A stretch of DNA of 64,000 nucleotides, from the NCBI GenBank assembly GCA_035651095.1, contig DASRGI010000274.1, positions 1,489 to 65,488 on the forward strand. Reading direction: 5' to 3'. The notes below the pieces were generated by a model. That model was not told the origin of the DNA, ran no database searches, and worked only from the letters and a program-made list of their open reading frames with translations. Origin of the DNA: Acidimicrobiales bacterium (GTDB taxonomy: Bacteria; Actinomycetota; Acidimicrobiia; Acidimicrobiales; JAUTXP01). The position numbers were made by a program, and so were the translations under genes. This document shows positions 46,098-56,153 of the stretch, piece by piece (position 1 is the first letter of the stretch; every line of letters starts with the position of its first letter).

Positions 46098-46130
46098 GGC
46101 AGACGAGCAGACAAACGAGGGGGAAGCACC

Positions 46131-48025
<1,895 letters not shown>

Positions 48026-48026
<1 letters not shown>

Positions 48027-48514
48027 TGGCCGGCACGGGCGAGACCACCGAGGAGCCGGAGGTCGAGCCAACCGACGAGCTCGATCCCCTCGTGGCCGAA
48101 CTGGAGGACCGTCTTCGCCGGGCCCTGGCCGACCTCGACAACCTGCGCAAGCGCTTCGACCGCGAGGTGAACCGAGAGCGCGACGCCGAGCGCCGCCGCG
48201 TCGCCTCCGAGTGGTTGCCGGTCGTCGACAACCTCGAGCGCGCCATCCAGCACGCGGCCGCCGACCCCGATCTGTTGATGCGAGGGCTGGAAGCCGTGCA
48301 GGCACAGGCGGTGGCCGCCCTGGCCCGGCTCGGCTTCCCCCGCTTCGAGGACGTGGGCGAACGCTTCGACCCCGCCCGCCACGAGGCCGTGGGCGCGGTC
48401 GAGACCGACGAGGCCGATCCCGGGACGGTGGCTGCCGCCGCCCGGCCCGGCTACGGCACCCAGGAGGAGGTCCTCCGCCCCGCGTCCGTCGTGGTCACGA
48501 GGTCCCCTGACTGA
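48026..48514 (+). CDS. grpE: Nucleotide exchange factor GrpE
   Basis: ATG 48026 shares one base with the dnaK stop (TGATG). [18 protein letters not shown]...[10 protein letters not shown]...FDPARHEAV is the GrpE core. Confidence 0.9.
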
Positions 48515-49497
48515 TGGCGCCCCGCCGCGACTTCTACGAGTCCCTGGGCGTGAGTCGCGGCGCCTCGCAGGACGAGATCCAACGCGCCTACCGCAAGCTG
48601 GCCCGCACCTACCACCCGGACGTCAACAAGGACCCGGCTGCCGAGGAGCGGTTCAAGGAGGTGTCGGAGGCGTACGACGTGCTGTCCGACCCCGAGACCC
48701 GCCGCAAGTACGACGCCTTCGGGCCCGACTTCCGCCAGGTGCCCGACGGCGTCGACCCGGACACGTGGGCCCGAGCGCAGCAGGCCGGCGCACGCGGAGG
48801 CGCGGGCGGCGGGCCGAGGCCGCGCCGCGGCGCCCAGGGGCAGCAGGTGTGGTCGGCCGAGGACCTCGACATCGATCTGGACGACCTCTTCGGCGGCATG
48901 TTCGGGGGCATGGGTGGCGGGCGGGGCGGGCGGCGTGGGTGGGGCCCCATCGCCGGCGCCGACCAGGAAGCGGAGATCACCCTCACCGTGGAGGAGGCCT
49001 ACAACGGCGGCCGGCGCACCATCACGATCACCGGCCCCGACGGTCCCCGCGCCCTGGAGGTCGCCATCCCGCCCGGCGTCACCGACGGCCAGCGCATCCG
49101 CCTGGCCGGGCAGGGCGGCCAGGGCACCAGTGGCGCCGCCGCCGGCGACCTGTACCTCGTCGTCCGCCTGGCGCCCCACCCCCGCTACCGGGTGCAGGGC
49201 CGGGACATCTCCGTCGACCTGCCCCTCACGCCGTGGGAAGCGGCGCTGGGCGCGTCGGTGGCGATCATGACGCCAGGAGGCGAGGCCAAGGTGCGCGTGC
49301 CGGAAGGATCGTCGAGCGGCCGGCGCCTGCGCCTCAAGGGCAGGGGTCTGCCCAACCCCAAGGGATCGCCCGGCGACCTGTACACCGAGGTCCGCATCAT
49401 GGTGCCCAAGAAGCTGACGGACGAGGAGCGCCGGCTGTTCCAGGAGCTGGCCGCCGTCTCCACCTTCGACCCGAGGCGCGAGGGGCGGCAGCGATGA
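48514..49497 (+). CDS. cbpA: J-domain co-chaperone of the CbpA type (no zinc-finger domain)
   Basis: J domain [35 protein letters not shown], a G/F-like region and two DnaJ_C beta domains. No CxxCxGxG repeats are present anywhere in the 327 aa. ATG 48514 overlaps the grpE stop (TGATG). Confidence 0.9.
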   Translation: MAPRRDFYESLGVSRGASQDEIQRAYRKLARTYHPDVNKDPAAEERFKEVSEAYDVLSDPETRRKYDAFGPDFRQVPDGVDPDTWARAQQAGARGGAGGGPRPRRGAQGQQVWSAEDLDIDLDDLFGGMFGGMGGGRGGRRGWGPIAGADQEAEITLTVEEAYNGGRRTITITGPDGPRALEVAIPPGVTDGQRIRLAGQGGQGTSGAAAGDLYLVVRLAPHPRYRVQGRDISVDLPLTPWEAALGASVAIMTPGGEAKVRVPEGSSSGRRLRLKGRGLPNPKGSPGDLYTEVRIMVPKKLTDEERRLFQELAAVSTFDPRREGRQR

Positions 49498-49811
49498 CCA
49501 CCACGGTGTTGACCCGCCGCCGCCTGGTCGCCGTCGAACTCCTCCCCCTCGACACGTTCGCCCGCCGCACCGGCTTGCATCCCGATCTGGTTCGCCGTCT
49601 CGTCGCCCTGGGTCTGCTCGAGGCGACATCGGACGCGGCGGGCGAGCTGTGGTTCCCCCCCACCCAGCTCCCCGCCGCGGCCCGCCTCCAGAGACTGCGT
49701 GCCGGGCTGGCCCTCAACTGGGCGGCCACCGGCCTGGTGGCCGACCTGCTCGACCGGATCTCGGCGCTCGAAGCAGCCCTCCGAAGCAGAGGAGACACAC
49801 CGTGGACATGA
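49494..49811 (+). CDS. cbpM: CbpM-like chaperone modulator (MerR_2-type HTH)
   Basis: ATGA overlap with the cbpA stop. [27 protein letters not shown]...[32 protein letters not shown] parallels E. coli CbpM (...[28 protein letters not shown]...) as I recall it. Confidence 0.65.
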   Translation: MTTTVLTRRRLVAVELLPLDTFARRTGLHPDLVRRLVALGLLEATSDAAGELWFPPTQLPAAARLQRLRAGLALNWAATGLVADLLDRISALEAALRSRGDTPWT

Positions 49812-52447
49812 ACCGGCTCACCCAGAAGTCCCAGGAGGCACTGCACGACGCCCAGACCAAGGCCATGCGCTTCGGGCACACCGAGGTCGATGGCGAGCAC
49901 CTGCTGCTCGCCCTCCTCGAACAGCCCGAGGGGCTGGTGCCCCGGCTGCTGGTGGCGGCCGACGCCGACCCCGACGCCATCAGGGCCGAGGTCGAAGCCG
50001 AGCTGGAACGCCGGCCCCGCACGTCGGGGCCGGGCGCGTCGCCCGGCCAGGTGTTCGTCACGCAACGGCTGAGCCGCTTGCTGGACAAGGCCGAACAGGA
50101 GGCCAAGCGGCTGAAGGACGAGTACGTCTCCGTCGAGCACCTGGTGATCGCCTTGCTGGACGAGGGCTCGGGCACCGCCGCCGGCCGCATCTTCTCGCAG
50201 CACGGCATCAGCCGCGACCGCTTCCTCCAAGCGCTCACGTCGGTGCGGGGCAACCAGCGGGTCACCTCGGCCATGCCCGAGGTGGCGTACGAAGCGTTGG
50301 AGAAGTACGGGCGCGACCTGGTGGCCGAGGCCCGCGGCGGCCGCATGGACCCCGTCATCGGGCGGGACGGGGAGATCCGCCGCGTCATCCAGATCCTCTC
50401 CCGCAAGACCAAGAACAACCCCGTCCTCATCGGCGACCCGGGCGTGGGCAAGACGGCCATCGTGGAAGGGCTGGCCCAGCGCATCATGCGGGGCGACGTG
50501 CCCGAGGGCCTGCGCAACCGGACGGTCTTCGCCCTGGACATGGGCTCGCTCGTCGCCGGGGCCAAATACCGGGGTGAGTTCGAGGAGCGACTGAAGGCGG
50601 TGCTCACCGAGGTGAAGGCGGCCGAGGGCCGCATCATCCTGTTCGTCGACGAGATGCACACGGTGGTGGGCGCCGGCGCGGCCGAGGGGGCCATGGACGC
50701 GGGCAACATGCTCAAGCCCATGCTGGCCCGGGGCGAGCTGCACATGATCGGCGCCACCACGGTCGACGAGTACCGCAAGCACGTGGAGAAGGACGCCGCG
50801 CTCGAGCGGCGCTTCCAGCCGGTGATGGTGGACGAGCCCTCGGAGGAGGACGCCATCTCCATCCTGCGGGGCCTGCGCGAGCGCCTGGAGGTGTTCCACG
50901 GCGTGAAGATCCAAGACGCCGCCCTGGTGGCTGCCGTGGTGCTCAGCCACCGCTACATCTCCGATCGTTTCCTGCCCGACAAGGCCATCGACCTCGTGGA
51001 CGAGGCCTGCGCCATGCTGCGCACCGAGATCGACTCCATGCCCGCCGAGCTGGACGAGCTCACCCGCCGGGTCACCCGGCTGGAGATCGAGGAGGCGGCC
51101 CTCTCCAAGGAGAAGGACGACGCCAGCAAGCAGCGGCTGGAGGAGCTGCGCAAGGAGCTGGCCGACCTGAAGGCCGAGGCCGATGCCATGCGGGTGCAGT
51201 GGGAGGCCGAGCGCCAGGTGCTCAAGCGGGTGCAGTCGCTGCGCGAGGAGATCGAGCGGGTGCGCCAAGAGGCGGACGAAGCCGAGCGTGCCTACGACCT
51301 GAACAAGGCGGCCGAGCTCCGCCACGGCCAACTGCCCGAGCTGGAGCGCCGGCTGCAGGCGGAGGAGGAACAGCTCGCCTCCAAGTTCGGGGCCCACCGC
51401 CTCCTGCGCGAAGTGGTGACCGAGGATGAGGTGGCGTCCATCGTGTCCCGCTGGACGGGAATCCCCGTGAGCAGGTTGAAGGAGGGCGAGCGGGAGAAGC
51501 TCCTGCGCCTGGATGAGCTCCTGCACGAGCGCGTGGTCGGTCAGCACGAGGCCGTGCAACTGGTGGCCGACGCCATCATCCGGGCCCGCTCGGGCATCAA
51601 GGACCCACGCCGGCCCATCGGCTCGTTCGTCTTCCTCGGCCCCACCGGCGTGGGTAAGACCGAGCTGGCCCGGGCCCTGGCCGAGGCCCTGTTCGACACC
51701 GACGAGAACATGGTGCGCATCGACATGAGCGAGTACCAGGAGCGCCACACGGTGAGCCGCCTGGTGGGTGCTCCCCCCGGGTACGTCGGGTACGAGGAGG
51801 GCGGCCAGCTCACCGAGGCGGTACGGCGCAAGCCGTACTCGGTGGTGCTCTTCGACGAGATCGAAAAGGCCCACCCCGACGTGTTCAACACCCTGTTGCA
51901 GGTGCTGGACGACGGCCGCCTGACGGACGGGCAGGGGCGCACCGTCGACTTCCGGAACACGGTCGTGATCATGACGTCGAACATCGGGTCCGACTACCTG
52001 CTCGAGGGCGTGACGCCCGACGGCGAGATCAAGCCCGACGCCCGCGGCCTGGTGATGGCCGAGCTGCGCCGCCACTTCCGGCCCGAGTTCCTCAACCGGG
52101 TGGACGACATCGTGCTGTTCAAGCCCCTCACCCAGCAGGAGATCGAGCGCATCGTCGACCTCATGTTCAACGACCTGCGGTCCCGGTTGGCCGATCGGCG
52201 CATGACCCTCGAGCTCACGGAGGAGGCGCGCCGCTACATCGCCCGCCAGGGCTTCGACCCCGTGTACGGCGCCCGTCCCCTGCGGCGCTTCATCTCCCAT
52301 GAGGTGGAGACCCGGATCGGCCGGGCTCTGCTGAGCGGTGAGGCCAAGGACGGTGCCGTCATCCGCGTCGACGCAGTCGAGGGCGACCTCGTCATCACCG
52401 TCGACAACCCGACCAACAACAACGAGAGGCAGGAGGCCTTCGCATGA
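49808..52447 (+). CDS. clpB: ATP-dependent disaggregase ClpB
   Basis: ATGA overlap with the cbpM-like stop. Clp_N repeats, two AAA modules ([32 protein letters not shown]) and a long middle coiled coil ([27 protein letters not shown]...). Confidence 0.95.
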   Translation: MNRLTQKSQEALHDAQTKAMRFGHTEVDGEHLLLALLEQPEGLVPRLLVAADADPDAIRAEVEAELERRPRTSGPGASPGQVFVTQRLSRLLDKAEQEAKRLKDEYVSVEHLVIALLDEGSGTAAGRIFSQHGISRDRFLQALTSVRGNQRVTSAMPEVAYEALEKYGRDLVAEARGGRMDPVIGRDGEIRRVIQILSRKTKNNPVLIGDPGVGKTAIVEGLAQRIMRGDVPEGLRNRTVFALDMGSLVAGAKYRGEFEERLKAVLTEVKAAEGRIILFVDEMHTVVGAGAAEGAMDAGNMLKPMLARGELHMIGATTVDEYRKHVEKDAALERRFQPVMVDEPSEEDAISILRGLRERLEVFHGVKIQDAALVAAVVLSHRYISDRFLPDKAIDLVDEACAMLRTEIDSMPAELDELTRRVTRLEIEEAALSKEKDDASKQRLEELRKELADLKAEADAMRVQWEAERQVLKRVQSLREEIERVRQEADEAERAYDLNKAAELRHGQLPELERRLQAEEEQLASKFGAHRLLREVVTEDEVASIVSRWTGIPVSRLKEGEREKLLRLDELLHERVVGQHEAVQLVADAIIRARSGIKDPRRPIGSFVFLGPTGVGKTELARALAEALFDTDENMVRIDMSEYQERHTVSRLVGAPPGYVGYEEGGQLTEAVRRKPYSVVLFDEIEKAHPDVFNTLLQVLDDGRLTDGQGRTVDFRNTVVIMTSNIGSDYLLEGVTPDGEIKPDARGLVMAELRRHFRPEFLNRVDDIVLFKPLTQQEIERIVDLMFNDLRSRLADRRMTLELTEEARRYIARQGFDPVYGARPLRRFISHEVETRIGRALLSGEAKDGAVIRVDAVEGDLVITVDNPTNNNERQEAFA

Positions 52448-53019
52448 TCGTGTTGATGGATTGGCGCGCCGCGGCGGTGCGGGGCGGCGCCGCCCTGCTC
52501 TTCGGCTTCCTCGCCTTGGTGTGGCCGGGACTCACTCTCACCGCCCTGGTCCTGCTGTACGGCGCCTTCGTGGTCGTGCACGGCGTGTCGACCCTGGCCG
52601 AGGTTCTGACCCACGCCCCGGGCACGGCCGGCCGGCGGGGGCCGCTGGCCTTCGGGGGCATCGTCAGCGTGGCCGCCGGCATCGTCACGTTCCTGTGGCC
52701 GGGCATCACCGCCCTGGTGCTGCTCTACATCATCGCCGCATGGGCGGTGGTGACCGGGGCCATGGAGATCGCCGCCGCCATCGAGCTGCGCCGAGTGCTC
52801 CGGCGGGAGTGGCTGCTGGTGCTGGGCGGCGTGCTGTCCATCGCCTTCGGCATCGTGCTGGTCGCGGCGCCGGGCACGGGCGCCCTCGCCGTCACCTGGC
52901 TCATCGGTTGGTACTCGGTTGCCTACGGCGCTCTTCTGGTGGCCCTCGCCGTCCGGCTGCGGCGGTGGCAGCTCCAGGCCCGGCGCCAAGGGCAAACGGC
53001 CCGGCCCGTGTCGGCATGA
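52444..53019 (+). CDS. HdeD/DUF308 family membrane protein
   Basis: ATGA overlap with the clpB stop. Six hydrophobic helices with the DUF308 repeat pattern ([41 protein letters not shown]). Confidence 0.8.
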   Translation: MIVLMDWRAAAVRGGAALLFGFLALVWPGLTLTALVLLYGAFVVVHGVSTLAEVLTHAPGTAGRRGPLAFGGIVSVAAGIVTFLWPGITALVLLYIIAAWAVVTGAMEIAAAIELRRVLRREWLLVLGGVLSIAFGIVLVAAPGTGALAVTWLIGWYSVAYGALLVALAVRLRRWQLQARRQGQTARPVSA

Positions 53020-53885
53020 GCACGCCGTCCCTGCCCGGGCCGCCCGAAGCCATCGAGGTCATCCTCGTCCCTCTCGACGGGTCGCCCCTCTCCGAGCTGG
53101 CGTTGCCGGTGGCGTCCAGCCTGGCCCGTCGCTTCGACGCCGGCGTCCATCTGCTCAGCGCCGTGCCCACGGCCGACGACGTCGCCGAGCGCGAGGCCCA
53201 ACTGAGCAAGCTCGAACTGTCGGCCAAGTTCGTGGAGCGCGAGGTGGTCATCAACCTCGACCCCGCGGGAGCCGTTCACGACCGGCTGGTGCACATGCAG
53301 AAGGCGGTGATCTGCATGGCCACGCGGGGGCGGGGCCGCAGCGCGGCCATCTTCGGCTCGGTGGCCGATGACGTCATCTTCCGGTGCCGCGATGCGCTGG
53401 TGCTGGCCGGGCGCATGTTGGACCCCCGGCTGCCGGGCACGGGCGTGATCCTCTGCGTGGACGAGACGCCGGCGTCCGCCGCCCTGCTCCCCATCGCCTG
53501 GCGCTGGTCCGAGCTGCTGCACGAGCCGCTCACCGTCATGACCGTGGCCGAGCCCGTGCCCGAGCCCTTCCAGTCCGGGACCATCCACCGCCGCTTCGGG
53601 CCCGACGGCGACGTGGACGGGTACCTGTCCGATCTGGTGCGGGCCCTGCGCGCCGAGGGCAAGGAGGTGCAGACCAAGGCGATCTACGACCCCATCAGCC
53701 CGGCCGAGGGCATCCTCGCCTACCTCGACGCCCACCCCCCCTACCTGGTCGTCGCCGGTACCCACGCCCGCACCGGCCTGGCCCGTTTGGCCCTGGGCAG
53801 CACGGCCGCGGCCGTCGTGCACAGCAGCCCGGCCCCGGTACTCGCCATCCCCCGACCTGACATCCAGCGAAAGCGGGATCGATGA
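53016..53885 (+). CDS. Tandem universal stress protein (two UspA domains)
   Basis: ATGA overlap with the upstream stop. Two Usp-like halves (ILVPLDGSPLSELALPVA...ICMATRGRG..GSVADDV and ILCVDETPASAALLP...LVVAGTHARTGLARLALGSTAAAVVHSSPAPVLAI). Confidence 0.8.
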   Translation: MSTPSLPGPPEAIEVILVPLDGSPLSELALPVASSLARRFDAGVHLLSAVPTADDVAEREAQLSKLELSAKFVEREVVINLDPAGAVHDRLVHMQKAVICMATRGRGRSAAIFGSVADDVIFRCRDALVLAGRMLDPRLPGTGVILCVDETPASAALLPIAWRWSELLHEPLTVMTVAEPVPEPFQSGTIHRRFGPDGDVDGYLSDLVRALRAEGKEVQTKAIYDPISPAEGILAYLDAHPPYLVVAGTHARTGLARLALGSTAAAVVHSSPAPVLAIPRPDIQRKRDR

Positions 53886-54760
53886 ACATCGCCAACCTCA
53901 TCTGGCTGTTCTTCCTGCTGTCCAGCATCCAACCGGTCGTCGCCCAACGCGTGCTCCTCGTGCAGCGGGCCCGGGCCATACGGGAGCTGGAGAAGCGCAA
54001 CCACTCGCGCGCCATCACCATGATCCACCGGCGTGAGGGGTTCGCCTTCCTGGGCATCCCCTTCGGTGGCTTCATCGACATCGAGGACTCGGAGGCCATC
54101 ATCCGGGCCATCGAGCTCACGGCCGACAACATCCCGATCGACCTGATCCTGCACACGCCGGGCGGGTTGGTGCTCGCCGCCGAGCAGATCGCCTCGGCCC
54201 TGGCCGACCATCCGGCCAAGGTCACCGTCTACGTGCCCCACTACGCCATGAGCGGGGGCACGCTGATCGCCATGGCCGCCGACCAGATCGTGATGGCGCC
54301 GTCGGCCGTGCTCGGTCCCGTCGACCCGCAGCTGGGCGAGTGGCCGGCGGCGTCCATCCTGGCCGCGGTGGCCCAGAAGGACCCCAACCGGGTGCACGAC
54401 AAGACGCTCATCTACGCCGACATGGGCCGCAAGGCCCAGCAGCAGGTGGAGGAGTTCGTGACCAACCTGCTGGAGAAGCGCCTGCCCCACGAGCAGGCCA
54501 AGGACGTGGCCCACACCATGTCCGAAGGCCGCTGGACCCACGACTTCCCCATCCAGGTGGAGCACGCCCGGTCGCTGGGCCTCCCCGTCAGCACCGACCT
54601 ACCCGACGAGGTGCGCCTGCTCATGCGCCTGTACCCGCAGCCCCGCGGCCGGCGGCCATCGGTGGAGTACATCCCCGGGCCCTACAACACCCCGGCGCCG
54701 CCACCGCCGGCCCGATCGCCTCGGCGGGCACCGAGCACGAACGGGGCAGGCAAGGCATGA
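53882..54760 (+). CDS. SDH-family (serine dehydrogenase proteinase / ClpP-fold, SppA-related) membrane-anchored serine protease
   Basis: ATGA overlap with the usp stop. An N-terminal hydrophobic anchor, then LILHTPGGLVLAAEQIA...YAMSGGTLIAMAADQIVM, typical of the ClpP/crotonase-fold SDH_sah family. Confidence 0.7.
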   Translation: MNIANLIWLFFLLSSIQPVVAQRVLLVQRARAIRELEKRNHSRAITMIHRREGFAFLGIPFGGFIDIEDSEAIIRAIELTADNIPIDLILHTPGGLVLAAEQIASALADHPAKVTVYVPHYAMSGGTLIAMAADQIVMAPSAVLGPVDPQLGEWPAASILAAVAQKDPNRVHDKTLIYADMGRKAQQQVEEFVTNLLEKRLPHEQAKDVAHTMSEGRWTHDFPIQVEHARSLGLPVSTDLPDEVRLLMRLYPQPRGRRPSVEYIPGPYNTPAPPPPARSPRRAPSTNGAGKA

Positions 54761-55209
54761 CCGCCCAGGCCAAGGTCGTCGTGTGCGAGCAATGCGGGAC
54801 CAAGAACCGGGTCCCACCGGCGGCCGAGGGCGTACCGAGGTGCGGGCGGTGCCACAACCCGCTGCCATGGATGGTGGACGCCGGCGACGACGACTTCGCC
54901 ACTGTGGCCGAGGCGGCGTCCATCCCCGTGCTGGTGGACCTCTGGGCGCCGTGGTGCGGGCCGTGCCGGATGGTGAGCCCGGCCCTGGAGCAACTGGCCA
55001 AGTCGTTCGCGGGCCGGCTCAAGCTGGTCAAGATCAACGTGGACGAGGCCCAGCACGTGGCCGGGCGCTTCGGCGTCCAGGGCATCCCGACCCTGCTGCT
55101 GCTCCGGGGTGGGGAGGTGGCGGCCCGCCAGGTGGGCGCCGCCCCCGAGCACGCCTTGCGGGCCTGGCTCGAGCAGTCGCTCGGCAGCGCCCCCGCCGCC
55201 AACCCTTGA
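54757..55209 (+). CDS. trxC: Thioredoxin 2-type thioredoxin with N-terminal zinc finger
   Basis: ATGA overlap with the upstream stop. CEQCGTKNRV...CGRCHNPL (two CxxC pairs), then the active site WAPWCGPC. Confidence 0.9.
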   Translation: MTAQAKVVVCEQCGTKNRVPPAAEGVPRCGRCHNPLPWMVDAGDDDFATVAEAASIPVLVDLWAPWCGPCRMVSPALEQLAKSFAGRLKLVKINVDEAQHVAGRFGVQGIPTLLLLRGGEVAARQVGAAPEHALRAWLEQSLGSAPAANP

Positions 55210-55230
55210 CCGGAAGGGGCGTGGCCGGCG

Positions 55231-55638
55231 TCAGCCCAAGCGCACCGCGTCGGCCTGGCACACGGCCTCGATGGTAGTGAGCAGTTGCGACCAGGCGGTG
55301 GCCTTGTCCAGGTAAGCGTCCGCCCCGCGCTCCACCACTTCGAGCAGGGTGTACGGGTCCGGGAACGCCGAGAACACCACGATGCGCGCCTTGGGCGCCG
55401 CCTCCCGCAGGCGAGGCAGGGCGGTGATGCCGTCGATGCCGGGCAGGTGCAGGTCGAGCACGATCACGTCCGGCTGCGTCCGCTCGACGACGGCCACACC
55501 CGCGTGGCCGTCACCCGCCTGACCCACGAGGCGGAAGCGGGAGTCAACGTCCAGCATCACCTCGATCAACGTTCGCAGCTCGGCATCGTCGTCGATCACG
55601 ACAACTCGATGCACCACCGGGTCCGCACCGTCTTTCAT
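55231..55638 (-). CDS. Stand-alone receiver-domain response regulator (CheY-like)
   Basis: ATG 55638 is preceded by GGAGG. VVVIDDDAELR, DVIVLDLHLPGIDG, IVVFSA and ADAYLDK. There is no output domain (135 aa). Confidence 0.85.
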   Translation of the reverse strand: MKDGADPVVHRVVVIDDDAELRTLIEVMLDVDSRFRLVGQAGDGHAGVAVVERTQPDVIVLDLHLPGIDGITALPRLREAAPKARIVVFSAFPDPYTLLEVVERGADAYLDKATAWSQLLTTIEAVCQADAVRLG

Positions 55639-55695
55639 GTCGGCCTCCGGGAAGAAGTCGTACGTACTGCTATCGGCACCAGGGGGCCTCGCCTG

Positions 55696-55711
55696 TAGCC
55701 CGATCGGGCTA
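55696..55711. promoter_or_regulatory. Perfect 16-nt palindrome TAGCCCGATCGGGCTA (terminator-like hairpin or operator)
   Basis: It lies 1 nt downstream of the SixA-like stop (55713) and 58-73 nt upstream of the receiver gene ATG (55638). Confidence 0.4.
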
Positions 55712-55712
55712 G

Positions 55713-56153
55713 TCAGGCCGGCGGCGGGAGGTAGACGCACGGGCCCCGGGGGTTGAGCACCCACGTTGATCCCTTGGCGCAGCGGGGCCGGGACGGGATG
55801 GGCCATCCCACGTGGCGCAGGCCGGCCAGCACCACGTCGATCACGTCGCCATGGGTACAGACCGCGACGTCGCCCACCGCATCGAGCACGAGGTCGAGGG
55901 CGTGGTGACCCCTCCCCTCCCGGAGCGCGCCGGCTGTCTCCACCTTGAGGGACCGGGCTTCGGCCAGCGGCGTCACCGTCGCCACGCACCGCACGGCCGG
56001 GCTGGAGAGGATGCGATCGGCGGGGTACGGCGAGAGCAGCTCGACCAGGCCGGCCGCCTGCTGCTCCCCCCGCCGCGTGAGCGGGCGCAGGTTGTCGTCG
56101 CCGGGCCAGGACTTGCGCGACACCGCCACCGCGTGGCGGACCAGCAGGATCAC
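55713..56153 (-). CDS. Histidine phosphatase superfamily protein (SixA-like)
   Basis: GTG 56153 overlaps the ppk stop as GTGA. Catalytic RH motif ILLVRHAVA and second His in VCTHGDVI. About 146 aa, the size of SixA-type phosphohistidine phosphatases. Confidence 0.7.
   Translation of the reverse strand: MILLVRHAVAVSRKSWPGDDNLRPLTRRGEQQAAGLVELLSPYPADRILSSPAVRCVATVTPLAEARSLKVETAGALREGRGHHALDLVLDAVGDVAVCTHGDVIDVVLAGLRHVGWPIPSRPRCAKGSTWVLNPRGPCVYLPPPA

Noticed and set aside
45877-46130. HAIR (HspR) or CIRCE (HrcA) operator upstream of dnaK.
   Set aside because: Reading this segment and 43004-43419 found no CTTGAGT-N7-ACTCAAG or TTAGCACTC-N9-GAGTGCTAA. The absence is by eye only.
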